From Bdellovibrionales bacterium (GTDB taxonomy: Bacteria; Bdellovibrionota; Bdellovibrionia; Bdellovibrionales; UBA1609), in contig CBDHDF010000002.1 of assembly GCA_965261545.1 (NCBI GenBank), positions 544,001-608,000 of the forward strand: a stretch of DNA of 64,000 nucleotides, given 5' to 3'. Under the pieces are notes generated by a model that saw nothing but the letters and a program-made list of their open reading frames with translations, had not been told where the DNA came from and searched no databases. Both the position numbers and the translations under genes were made by a program. Shown here in pieces: positions 1-8,937 of this stretch; the first letter of the stretch is position 1; every line of letters starts with the position of its first letter.

Positions 1-2
1 TG

Positions 3-698
3 AAAAAGCGTCTTCTAAGCAATACCAACCATCGGAAAGCCCTTCAATATTTATTCTTTGAGAGTTTCACTGACAAAGATATACCAGAAGAAGATCGTTT
101 AAAAATTCAAATTGACCCCCAAATATTTTTACCTCTTCAGGCAGGAAGACTTGAAGACAAGGAGGCAAGTAGAATTATCCATGAAGGAAAAAAATATGTG
201 GATGATTTTATTAAGGCAACCCATGAGAGTCCTCTCTATCTAGCAGTATCTAATAGCGTATTATGGTACAAATCTTATCTTGAAAAGAAAGGAGTCCAAT
301 TTTCTGAAAATTCTATTGATTTTCAAGGGGAGGAACTGGCAAAAATGTATTATAAGACCTTTGAACCAGATATGATGATTTCATACAAAAGCGTTTTTGA
401 TGGTGACCCTGATGGAATATATCATACTATCGGAGAAAAAGGAGCTATCAGTTCGCCCATGTTATACCGCAAAGATGTGCTAAAACTTCTTGAAGAAGGC
501 CGTAAAATACTTTCTTTTAAAGATTTATCTTCACATTACGAAAAAGTGGCAAGAGCTTTTTTGCATGAAATTCCATTTATTCATGTGGGTTTCCTAAAAG
601 AAATGTCTATCATAAGAAAAGATTCTGTAAAATCAGAAAATAATTACAATCATCGTAATAGTGTTCGGTTTACAAGCTACCACCCCATGAGGAAGTAA
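3..698 (+). CDS. 5'-truncated gene, C-terminus resembling family-5 ABC extracellular solute-binding proteins
   Basis: Frame is open from nt 3 (KKRLLSNTNHRKALQYLF...) into ORF 198..698. The C-terminal pattern LLEEGRK...HYEKVARAFLHEIPFIHVG resembles SBP_bac_5 ends. Its stop overlaps the next start (TAATG). Confidence 0.5.
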   Translation, partial: KKRLLSNTNHRKALQYLFFESFTDKDIPEEDRLKIQIDPQIFLPLQAGRLEDKEASRIIHEGKKYVDDFIKATHESPLYLAVSNSVLWYKSYLEKKGVQFSENSIDFQGEELAKMYYKTFEPDMMISYKSVFDGDPDGIYHTIGEKGAISSPMLYRKDVLKLLEEGRKILSFKDLSSHYEKVARAFLHEIPFIHVGFLKEMSIIRKDSVKSENNYNHRNSVRFTSYHPMRK

Positions 699-2413
699 TG
701 AATATTATAACTCTTAAGCAATGGTTTTTTAGAAATACGAGATTCCCCCTGATTACATTAGGTTCTGTGGTAGCTCTTGTACAGATTGCCTTTCTTATCC
801 ATACTCACAAGGAATTAAGAAAAGGGCAAGACAAAGCTATTCGTAATCTTGTTGCCACAGTTGCAAATATTGGTATTCAACAAAAAAACAGAACCCTCCT
901 TGAGTCATCATTTCAGCTTGCCATTGAAGAGCTTGGAGTGAAGTCTATGATTGTGTGCAAAGGGTCAAGGCGTCTTTTTCATCAACCTGCTGGGTTTGGG
1001 AGTTGTCCAAATCCTCCGCAATCCAATTCATATCAATACATCATTGAAATTAACCCTTCGGGGTTTCATGAATACAAATTTTATTTTTATGTGAGTCGAT
1101 TCCCTCTTAATTTTTCACTTGTGGCTCTTAACGGTATTACTCTTATATTCTTAATCATTGTATTTCGCATCATATACAAAATTCAAAGAAAATTCCATGA
1201 TGATATTTTATTTCCATTAAAAGACGCATTAAAGGATGATTTATCTGAAAAAAATAAATTTCAAATTAATGAACTTAATTCTATCAGGGAAACATTCGAT
1301 GAACATCGTAAGTCAAAAGAAAAACAGGCCATTGCTGGAGCTATTGTTGAGCATAACATGAATATTAACCATAATATTAAATCCATTAAACAAACTCTTG
1401 ATGTTATCATATCGGGAGAATTTTCTTCAAACAGACAAAAGAAACGATTTCATCAAGTTTCAAATGATTTTACAAGGCTTATGGCCAAGGTGGCTGAACA
1501 AATACCCGATAGAAATCAGGCCCAACTTATTACATCAGATAAAACATTCTTTGAATATCTTGAAGAAGGAAACCAAAAAAAGACAAAAGTAAACGTCAAA
1601 GATGCCTTTGAAATTGCTATCGAGCATAAAAAAATTGAAACGAAGGCACATGCAGAAGATATTCATATTGATCTTTCTTATAAAGATGAAATCAAAAATT
1701 TATTCATTGAGGCTGTGGACCCTGAACTAAGAGGTATTCTTTCCAATTTGATGAATAATTCCATTGATTCAAAGGCCACTCATATTCAAATCGAGTTGTG
1801 CAAAAAAGATTCTAATCTTGTAGCTACCCTGGTTGATAATGGTGCAGAAATCCCTGAAGATATTAAGAAAAATATTTTCCATCGCGGTTTTAGTTGGGGT
1901 AAAGAGAAGGGGACAGGCTATGGACTTTACCATGCTCAAAAATTCATAGAGTCATGGGGTGGAGAACTGAACCTCTTAAAAAGTAAGACAAGAAGTAAAG
2001 ACGGAAGTAAAAAAGGACAAACAATTTTTGAAATAAGGCTGCCCCTATGGAAGCCCTCACCTATAAATCTTGATTCAAAAAGCCATATAGTGATAGTGGA
2101 TGATGAGGAATCAGTCCATAGCAAATGGTCTGAAAAGATAACATCCATCAATCCAAGTGCGAAAGTCCTCCACTTCAAGAAACCCCATGAGTTTCAAGTT
2201 TGGTTTAGCGGCAATCATGTCTTTTCTGACCATGTATTCTTTTTTGATAGCGACCTTGGAGACAATGAAGAAACTGGAGAACATTTGATAGATGAGATGG
2301 GTCTTAATCATATGTCCTACCTTGTCACAAACAACTATAACAATTCAAAGTTAGCAAGCTGGTGTAACAAGAGGTCCATTCAGGTGATCCCCAAGGGTTA
2401 TTTGTTGGGTTAA
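698..2413 (+). CDS. Membrane sensor histidine kinase with C-terminal receiver-like domain
   Basis: Two hydrophobic segments, a degenerate H-box (NHNIKS), HATPase boxes (ILSNLMNNSIDS, DNG, IFHRGFS, GTGYGL) and receiver motifs (IVIVDDE, FFFDSDL, LVTN). Confidence 0.85.
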   Translation: MNIITLKQWFFRNTRFPLITLGSVVALVQIAFLIHTHKELRKGQDKAIRNLVATVANIGIQQKNRTLLESSFQLAIEELGVKSMIVCKGSRRLFHQPAGFGSCPNPPQSNSYQYIIEINPSGFHEYKFYFYVSRFPLNFSLVALNGITLIFLIIVFRIIYKIQRKFHDDILFPLKDALKDDLSEKNKFQINELNSIRETFDEHRKSKEKQAIAGAIVEHNMNINHNIKSIKQTLDVIISGEFSSNRQKKRFHQVSNDFTRLMAKVAEQIPDRNQAQLITSDKTFFEYLEEGNQKKTKVNVKDAFEIAIEHKKIETKAHAEDIHIDLSYKDEIKNLFIEAVDPELRGILSNLMNNSIDSKATHIQIELCKKDSNLVATLVDNGAEIPEDIKKNIFHRGFSWGKEKGTGYGLYHAQKFIESWGGELNLLKSKTRSKDGSKKGQTIFEIRLPLWKPSPINLDSKSHIVIVDDEESVHSKWSEKITSINPSAKVLHFKKPHEFQVWFSGNHVFSDHVFFFDSDLGDNEETGEHLIDEMGLNHMSYLVTNNYNNSKLASWCNKRSIQVIPKGYLLG

Positions 2414-2535
2414 ATGGACAGCCATCAATCTCATTTACGAAATATAAGATAAATTACAAAAAGAAAACCAATTAAAAATTGATGAAATAACTTTAGCTTC
2501 GTATTCAAATATTAATTTAACTAGTTACTTAATTA

Positions 2536-5500
2536 ATGGAAGGTAAATATCTCATGTCGAATTATAAAAAAATACGAAAATTAATAGATGGTTTAATGGA
2601 AGAATATAATGATGGTAGATATATATTTAGGGGGATTAATCAAACAAATAAAAAATATAATAAGAAGCAAGTTCACTCTTCCATTTTTCGAAAATTTTTT
2701 GATAAAGGCATATGGCATAACTCATTCAATCCACTGTATATTGAAGAGCTAACTGTGGAGGGAGCAAAGAAATATTTTTCGCTTAGCACAAGAAATATAG
2801 AAATTTTAACTAACTTACGTCACTATGGTTGCGATGTTAATCTTATAGATTTTACTCATAATCCATATATTGCTTTATTTTTTTCTTGCGTTGGAGAAAT
2901 TTCAGAAGAAGAAGGCGTTGAAGAAAATGGTCAATTCATATGCCTAAAATCTAATGAATTAAAATATCTTAAAGATATTGATTATTCTTATTTAAAAACT
3001 GCTTCTAATATTGGGTTGATAGAACCTTCTTATAATTCCTCCATCTCGAATAGAATCATAGCTCAGGATAGTGTTTTTGTATGTTCACCAAAAGGATATC
3101 TTGATGATGAGATGAATGGTCTCCACATTAAAAAAATAAAACATGATGATAAAATAATGATCCTAGACTATTTGATGAAGGTTCATCATATATTTGAAGC
3201 AACTATTTACAACGATGTTATTGGATTTATTAAAAATGAAGAAAATACCAAGCCCTACATGATTCATTTTTATAAAGGGTTATCCTTAAATACTCTTACA
3301 AATGAGAGCAAAGAAAATGATACTAAATCTCTTTATAAGAAATCAATCATAGAATATGATTCATCTATTAAATCATATTCTCTTTTTCCTTTATCTTATT
3401 TAAGTAGAGGCTCTGCAAAGCAAGAATTAGGTAAGACAAAAGAAGCCATCATTGACTACGATAAGGCTATTGAGTTGCTGCCGAAGATTGGTGTATACTA
3501 TGATTATCGAGGTTCCGCAAAACAAGAATTAGGTGAATTAGAAGAAGCCATCATTGATTACGATAAGGCTATTGAATTAAACCCCGAGATTAGTGAATAT
3601 TATTTTAATAGAGCTTCCGCAAAACAAGAGTTAGGTGAATTAGAAAAAGCCATCATTGACTACGATAAGGCTATTGAATTAAACCCCAAAATTAGTAAAT
3701 ATTATTCTAGTCGAGCCTGGGCAAAGATGGAATTAGGTAAGATAGATGAAGTTATCATTGACTACGATGAGGCTATTAAATTAGACCCTAAAACTAGTCA
3801 ATATTATTCTAATCGAGCCCTGGCAAAGATGAAATTAGGTAAGATAGATGAAGCCATCATTGACTGCGATAAGGCTATTAAATTAGACCCTAAAGTTAGT
3901 CATTATTATTCTAATCGAGCCCTGGCAAAGATGAAATTAGGTAAGATAGATGAAGCCATCATTGACTGCGATAAGGCTATTAAATTAGACCCTAAAATTA
4001 ATCATTATTATTATGATCGAGGCTTGGCAAAGATGGAATTAGGTAAGATAGATGAAGCTATCATTGATTACGATAAAGCTATTAAATTAGACCCTAAAAT
4101 TAGTGAGTATTATTCTAGTCGAACCCTGGCAAAGATGGAATTAGGTAAGATAGATGAAGCTATCATTGACCACGATAAAGCTATTAAATTAGACCCTGAA
4201 ATTAGTCATTATTATCATCATCGAGGCTTGGCAAAGATGGAATTAGGCAAGACAAAAGAAGCTATCATTGACTACGATAAATCTATTGAATTAGACCCTG
4301 AAATTAGTCATTATTATCATCATCGAGGCTTGGCAAAGATGGAATTAGGCAAGACAAAAGAAGCTATCATTGACTACGATAAAGCTATTGAATTAGACCC
4401 TGAAATTAGTCATTATTATCATCATCGAGGCTTGGCAAAGATGGAATTAGGCAAGACAAAAGAAGCTATCATTGACTACGATAAATCTATTGAATTAGAC
4501 CCTGAAATTAGTGGATATTATGCTGATCGAGGCTTGGCAAAGATGGGATTAGGCAAGACAAAAGAAGCTATCATTGACTACGATAAAGCTATTGAATTAG
4601 ACCCTAAAATTAGTGGATATTATGCTGATCGAGGTGTTTTAAAATACAGATTGAGTGAAATAAAAGAAGCTATCATTGACTACGATAAAGCTATTGAATT
4701 AGACCCTAAAATTAGTGGATATTATGCTGATCGAGGTGTTTTAAAATACAGATTGAGTGAAATAAAAGAAGCTATCATTGATTACGATAAAGCTATTGAA
4801 TTAGACCCTAAAATTAGCCATTATTATTTTGATCGAGCCTTGGCAAAGATGGAATTAGGTAAGACAGATGAAGCTATCATTGACTACGATAAAGCTATTG
4901 AATTAGACCCTAAAATTAGTCATTATTATTATCATCGAGGCTTGGCAAAGATGGGATTAGGTAAGACAAAAGAAGCTATCATTGATTACGATAAAGCTAT
5001 TAAATTAGATCCTAAAATTAGTGAGTATTATTCTAGCCGAGCCCTGGCAAAGATGGAATTAGGTAAGATAGATGAAGCTATCATTGACCACGATAAAGCT
5101 ATTGAATTAGACCCTAAAACTAGTCACTATTATTTTAGTCGAGCCCGAGCAAAGATGAAATTAGGTAAGATAGATGAAGCTATCATTGACTACGATGAAG
5201 CTATTGAATTAGACCCTGGAATTAGCAAATATTATGCTGAACGAGGTCTTTTGAAATACAAACTAAATGAAATACAAGAAGCTATTTTTGATTATGATAA
5301 GGCTATTGAATTAGACCCTAAAATTAGTCATTATTATTATGGTCGAGGCTTGGCAAAGATGGAATTAGGTAAGACAGATGAAGCTATCATTGACTACGAT
5401 GAGGCTATTAAATTAGACCCTAAAACTAGTCACTATTATTCTAGTCGAGCCCGAGCAAAGATGGAATTAGGTAAGATAGATGAAGCTATCATTGACTACG

Positions 5501-6045
5501 ATGAAGCTATTGAATTAGACCCTAAAACTAGTCACTATTATTTTAGTCGAGCCCGAGCAAAGATGAAATTAGGTAAGATAGATGAAGCTATCATTGACTA
5601 CGATGAAGCTATTGAATTAGACCCTGGAATTAGCAAATATTATGCTGAACGAGGTCTTTTGAAATACAAACTAAATGAAATACAAGAAGCTATTTTTGAT
5701 TATGATAAGGCTATTGAATTAGACCCCGAAATTAGTGGATATTATTTTTGTCGAAGCTTGGCAAAGGAAAAATTAGACGAATTAGAAGGATCTCTGTTAG
5801 ATTGTGAAAAAGCTATTGAATTAGAAAAAAATAATGGAGAACTTTATTATAAACGAGCAGTTTATAAGTCTAAACTAGGTAGAAATCATAAAGAGATTCA
5901 TGACGACATAGATATATTTAAGAAGTTAGTAAATGCGCTAACAAATGACTTAATAAGTGATATTAATAATATGAAAAATCAGACTGACAAATATCCTAAA
6001 CTTAAATATTTGATAAATTATATAAAAAATAAGTTCGATATGTAA
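2536..6045 (+). CDS. FRG-domain protein fused to a long TPR array
   Basis: N-terminal FRG motifs (YIFRG, LRHYG..NLIDFTHNPYIALFF, RIIAQDSVF) followed by 25 34-aa TPR units (YY..RG/A.AK..LG...EAIIDYDKAIELDP). Confidence 0.9.
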   Translation: MEGKYLMSNYKKIRKLIDGLMEEYNDGRYIFRGINQTNKKYNKKQVHSSIFRKFFDKGIWHNSFNPLYIEELTVEGAKKYFSLSTRNIEILTNLRHYGCDVNLIDFTHNPYIALFFSCVGEISEEEGVEENGQFICLKSNELKYLKDIDYSYLKTASNIGLIEPSYNSSISNRIIAQDSVFVCSPKGYLDDEMNGLHIKKIKHDDKIMILDYLMKVHHIFEATIYNDVIGFIKNEENTKPYMIHFYKGLSLNTLTNESKENDTKSLYKKSIIEYDSSIKSYSLFPLSYLSRGSAKQELGKTKEAIIDYDKAIELLPKIGVYYDYRGSAKQELGELEEAIIDYDKAIELNPEISEYYFNRASAKQELGELEKAIIDYDKAIELNPKISKYYSSRAWAKMELGKIDEVIIDYDEAIKLDPKTSQYYSNRALAKMKLGKIDEAIIDCDKAIKLDPKVSHYYSNRALAKMKLGKIDEAIIDCDKAIKLDPKINHYYYDRGLAKMELGKIDEAIIDYDKAIKLDPKISEYYSSRTLAKMELGKIDEAIIDHDKAIKLDPEISHYYHHRGLAKMELGKTKEAIIDYDKSIELDPEISHYYHHRGLAKMELGKTKEAIIDYDKAIELDPEISHYYHHRGLAKMELGKTKEAIIDYDKSIELDPEISGYYADRGLAKMGLGKTKEAIIDYDKAIELDPKISGYYADRGVLKYRLSEIKEAIIDYDKAIELDPKISGYYADRGVLKYRLSEIKEAIIDYDKAIELDPKISHYYFDRALAKMELGKTDEAIIDYDKAIELDPKISHYYYHRGLAKMGLGKTKEAIIDYDKAIKLDPKISEYYSSRALAKMELGKIDEAIIDHDKAIELDPKTSHYYFSRARAKMKLGKIDEAIIDYDEAIELDPGISKYYAERGLLKYKLNEIQEAIFDYDKAIELDPKISHYYYGRGLAKMELGKTDEAIIDYDEAIKLDPKTSHYYSSRARAKMELGKIDEAIIDYDEAIELDPKTSHYYFSRARAKMKLGKIDEAIIDYDEAIELDPGISKYYAERGLLKYKLNEIQEAIFDYDKAIELDPEISGYYFCRSLAKEKLDELEGSLLDCEKAIELEKNNGELYYKRAVYKSKLGRNHKEIHDDIDIFKKLVNALTNDLISDINNMKNQTDKYPKLKYLINYIKNKFDM
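3391..5880 (+). repeat. 102-bp tandem repeat encoding TPR units
   Basis: Near-identical units such as gaagctatcattgactacgataaagctattgaattagaccctaaaattagt recur every 102 nt. Confidence 0.95.
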
Positions 6046-6120
6046 GTTTTTTATAATGTACCAGAGATGTTATAAAAACGGTCCCCCTCCAAGAAGGGGG
6101 TCCATAGAAACAGCTAGAAA

Positions 6121-6333
6121 TTATTTACTATTTTGTTTCACTGCCTTACCTTGCTTTTCTCTTGGCCCCTTCGAGTCGCTGAGCAGAGCATCTGTAAATT
6201 TGGTTGTTGGGGTCAAGCCACGAAGAATTTGCTTCGTAGCTGCCTCTTGGAAGAATTGAAAAACCTCCACGGCAGAAAAATACATAAAGACCCAAAATAA
6301 AGTGCCTACGATTAAATCGGTCAATGCTTTCAT
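6121..6333 (-). CDS. Small hypothetical protein with N-terminal hydrophobic segment (70 aa)
   Basis: Strong RBS (GGAGGTatatcATG) and a hydrophobic stretch LIVGTLFWVFMYFSAV. Confidence 0.55.
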   Translation of the reverse strand: MKALTDLIVGTLFWVFMYFSAVEVFQFFQEAATKQILRGLTPTTKFTDALLSDSKGPREKQGKAVKQNSK

Positions 6334-6449
6334 GATATACCTCCATTTATGATTTGAGTTTGTCTCTCATTTTTTGGTGAGGGTGTTGATTTTATCTTTT
6401 TAAATCTCAACCCTAGGTGCTAAAGCTCACAGAACAGGCCATCATTAGA

Positions 6450-6510
6450 ATGACCCAGAAATGGGTCGTCGTTCTTTGTCCCCTGGTTTATGACCCAAAA
6501 GTGGGTCATA
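6450..6510. promoter_or_regulatory. Two palindromic operator-like sites ATGACCCA-N3-TGGGTC(G/A)T
   Basis: atgacccagaaatgggtcgt (6450-6469) and tatgacccaaaagtgggtcata (6489-6510). Confidence 0.5.
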
Positions 6511-6689
6511 AGAAGAAGAGGATGCGACACAGTGTATAAAAATTTTGTGCGATCCATGGAACAAAACAGTTAAGGGGAACTCCATACAAGAAATGGGGTT
6601 CCACACCCGTCGAGCTGACCAGTTCCAATCCCGTCCGTCCGTTTTGGCCTCCTGTTAGGACAGCACCTCAAAAATCCAAGATGGGATCG

Positions 6690-6720
6690 GTCACCCAAAG
6701 GTCACCCAAAAGTCACCCAA
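6690..6720. repeat. Three tandem 11-bp direct repeats GTCACCCAA(A), candidate integrase arm-type sites
   Basis: gtcacccaaag/gtcacccaaaa/gtcacccaa located ~120 bp from the tRNA 3' end. Confidence 0.6.
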
Positions 6721-6840
6721 CTTTGAAATAGTCTGAAATTCTCACAAATACAAAGACCCAGAGAGTTTCTCACTTGTGTATTATTAAGTACTTAGAACGA
6801 TTGAGGAATTAGGAATGTAGCGAAAAGAGGTGTCGCAGCT

Positions 6841-6917
6841 TGGTCAGCCCGACTGGATTTGAACCAGCGACCTCCACCACCCCAAGGTGACGCGCTACCG
6901 GGCTGCGCTACGGGCTG
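6841..6917 (-). tRNA. tRNA-Pro(GGG)
   Basis: Reverse complement CAGCCCG TA GCGC AGCCCGGTA GCGC G TCACC TTGGGGT GGTGG AGGTC GCTGG TTCAAAT CCAGT CGGGCTG ACCA folds as a full cloverleaf with encoded CCA. Confidence 0.96.
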
Positions 6918-7130
6918 ACAACACTAGAGAAGGGTAAAAGATAAAGCCACATAGAATGAGAGGCAAGTAAAAAAGGACTCTTTGATTATATTGACTTGCC
7001 CTTTACCCGGAGGGGCGGATCAAAACCATCCATTTGTGGGCGTGTGATCCAATACTTTATTTTGACGGATTTTTCATGGGTTCCTTTGACCTCGAAGAAA
7101 TTTTTATGATTTTATCCTGACTGAGTTTAA

Positions 7131-7650
7131 GTGGACAGCTTCGCTGGTCTATATATGGCCTCTTTTAGTTACTCTGGACTTTTGATTGTATTTTTGTCAT
7201 GTATGATTCCGATACAATAAAGGATAAAGCAATAACTTATTTCTTGCGCGAAAATTCATCTAAATGCCACAGACTTGCTTGTGGTAGCTTGTTATAAGGC
7301 TTAAATGACTTAGAGGGCCTCAAAATACTGGGTTTTAAATCACGAATCCGTCCTAATCCACTCTAGGAGGTGTTTTTATAAGATGAAAGAAACTCAATTA
7401 ACGCAGTGCTCATTTTTGGAAAAAAGAATACAGCCATTCTCTAGAATTACTTATGAGAGCCAATTATAGAGTTCTAGAATTCTACTTTCCTTATTTTTCA
7501 GGTCTTCCAAGGTGTCGATCCTCTAAAAATAAGTCTAGAAAGTAATTTTAAGGGTTTTAGCTGAATTTTCGCGCAAGAAATAAGAATAACATTATTGGAA
7601 GGTGATAAGATGAGTGGCCGTTGAATAGATTGGTAATTTTAATTCCGTGA
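7131..7650 (+). repeat. ~170-bp non-coding repeat (second copy 15577-15744), here interrupted by a MITE
   Basis: gtggacagcttcgctggtcta...aattccgtga is near-identical to 15577-15744 once 7236-7589 is removed. Confidence 0.9.
7236..7584. mobile_element. 349-bp MITE
   Basis: TIR cttatttcttgcgcgaaaattca / tgaattttcgcgcaagaaataag; 5-bp TSD AATAA; empty site present at ~15679. Confidence 0.9.
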
Positions 7651-7709
7651 CGTAAGGAGGTGTAAATAAATAACTTTTCGTTTTTTAAATTCCATGTTAC
7701 ATTTAAATC

Positions 7710-7782
7710 ATGGACAAAATAAACAAGGACTGGCTAAAAGTCTTCCCCACACTCAATAAATCTCAGAAAAGATGGGTTGCTA
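7710..7782 (+). pseudogene. Possible ISAzo13-family transposase N-terminal remnant
   Basis: MDKINKDWLKVFPTLNKSQKRWVA resembles the ISAzo13 N-terminus (P.LNE.QRR..A) and is cut by an IS1634-type end. Confidence 0.4.
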
Positions 7783-8937
7783 CCTGAAATCCCTAAAAGT
7801 TGTAACTAGGTTTAATGTATTGCGTTAACTTTCCTCTCTTCCTATGGAATTGGCTGCTGTCAACGGTTTGAGAGGTTTAATAGTATTAATATATTTAATA
7901 TGATTCATAAGAATTTGCTGCGAAAGGTCCTGTCTCCATTGGATAGATGAGGCATAGTGGTAGCCACAGCCACCGTCACATTTGAAACAGATAAAAAACA
8001 TCATTTTGTCTTGGGAAGCCCATCTATTTGGAAGGCTGAAAAAATATCCTTTTGTTTTTTAGACAGCTCTCCAAGCATCAGATCACCTGTAGCTAATTCA
8101 TAAAATTTTAATCGGTCCATCATTTTGTAAATTTCTATTTTAGACATTTTTTTATATAACTTCTTATCTTTCATAACAGTATCAATATGTGAAATTAAAA
8201 TTCAAGAGAGAAAATTAATAAAGATGCTTCCCCTCATATTCATGAGAGAATGAACTCGACTTCTCCTTCCATTAATATCATGCTTGAATGAGAAAAATAC
8301 TTTCTCAATGATATCTTTGTTTCGATATAAACTCAATATATCTGTTTTCTTTAAATCATGACTATTTGTAATTAATATCATAATACCCAGCGTAGAAGAT
8401 TCTTCATTAATATTTTCTTCATTTAAAGAAATCTTAAATGGAGTGCAATCAGAGATATTGAGAAACCTTTTTTTATTTCCTAAAGTTTCTTTCATATAGG
8501 AACTAGCTTGTTCTTCTGATTTCAAATCTTTCTCAAGAAAGAGTTTCATAAAATCAAGCAACTCTTTCATTAACACAGATTCCTCATAAACCCTTCTTTC
8601 TTTGTCTAAGAAAATATGAGCCGTACAATCAAATCCTCCGATTTTTATTGATTCTTTGCAATGCGAATAAATTTCCTCATTAAAAGTAAAAGAGCATGAT
8701 GGAGATTTTATTTTCTCATTTAAAGCCACAGCAAGCTCTCTTGAGAGTTTTGTTCTAAAACTCATGGGTATCAAATACTTCAATTCCTTACGATGCAGTC
8801 CCTTAATATTTTCTACACTAGAAAAACCCTTATCCATAACTAAACAATCTAAATCTAATTTATAACTTGTTATGATCTCAATAATATTCGATAAAGTTTT
8901 GACATCCGGTATACTTCCAGGATAGATTCTGTACGCT
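7783..8937 (-). mobile_element. IS1634-family element, 3' half; transposase has an internal TGA and is truncated by IS21
   Basis: TIR cctgaaatccctaaaagttgtaactagg; motifs AYRIYPGSI.DV, MDKGF, LYRNKD.IEK.F. Homology continues in frame past the TGA at 8202-8204 to a stop at 8001. Confidence 0.85.

Noticed and set aside
8202..8204. TGA reassignment (alternative genetic code)
   Set aside because: The TGA replaces a Leu conserved in the two homologous IS1634 proteins, and other genes here end normally in TGA.
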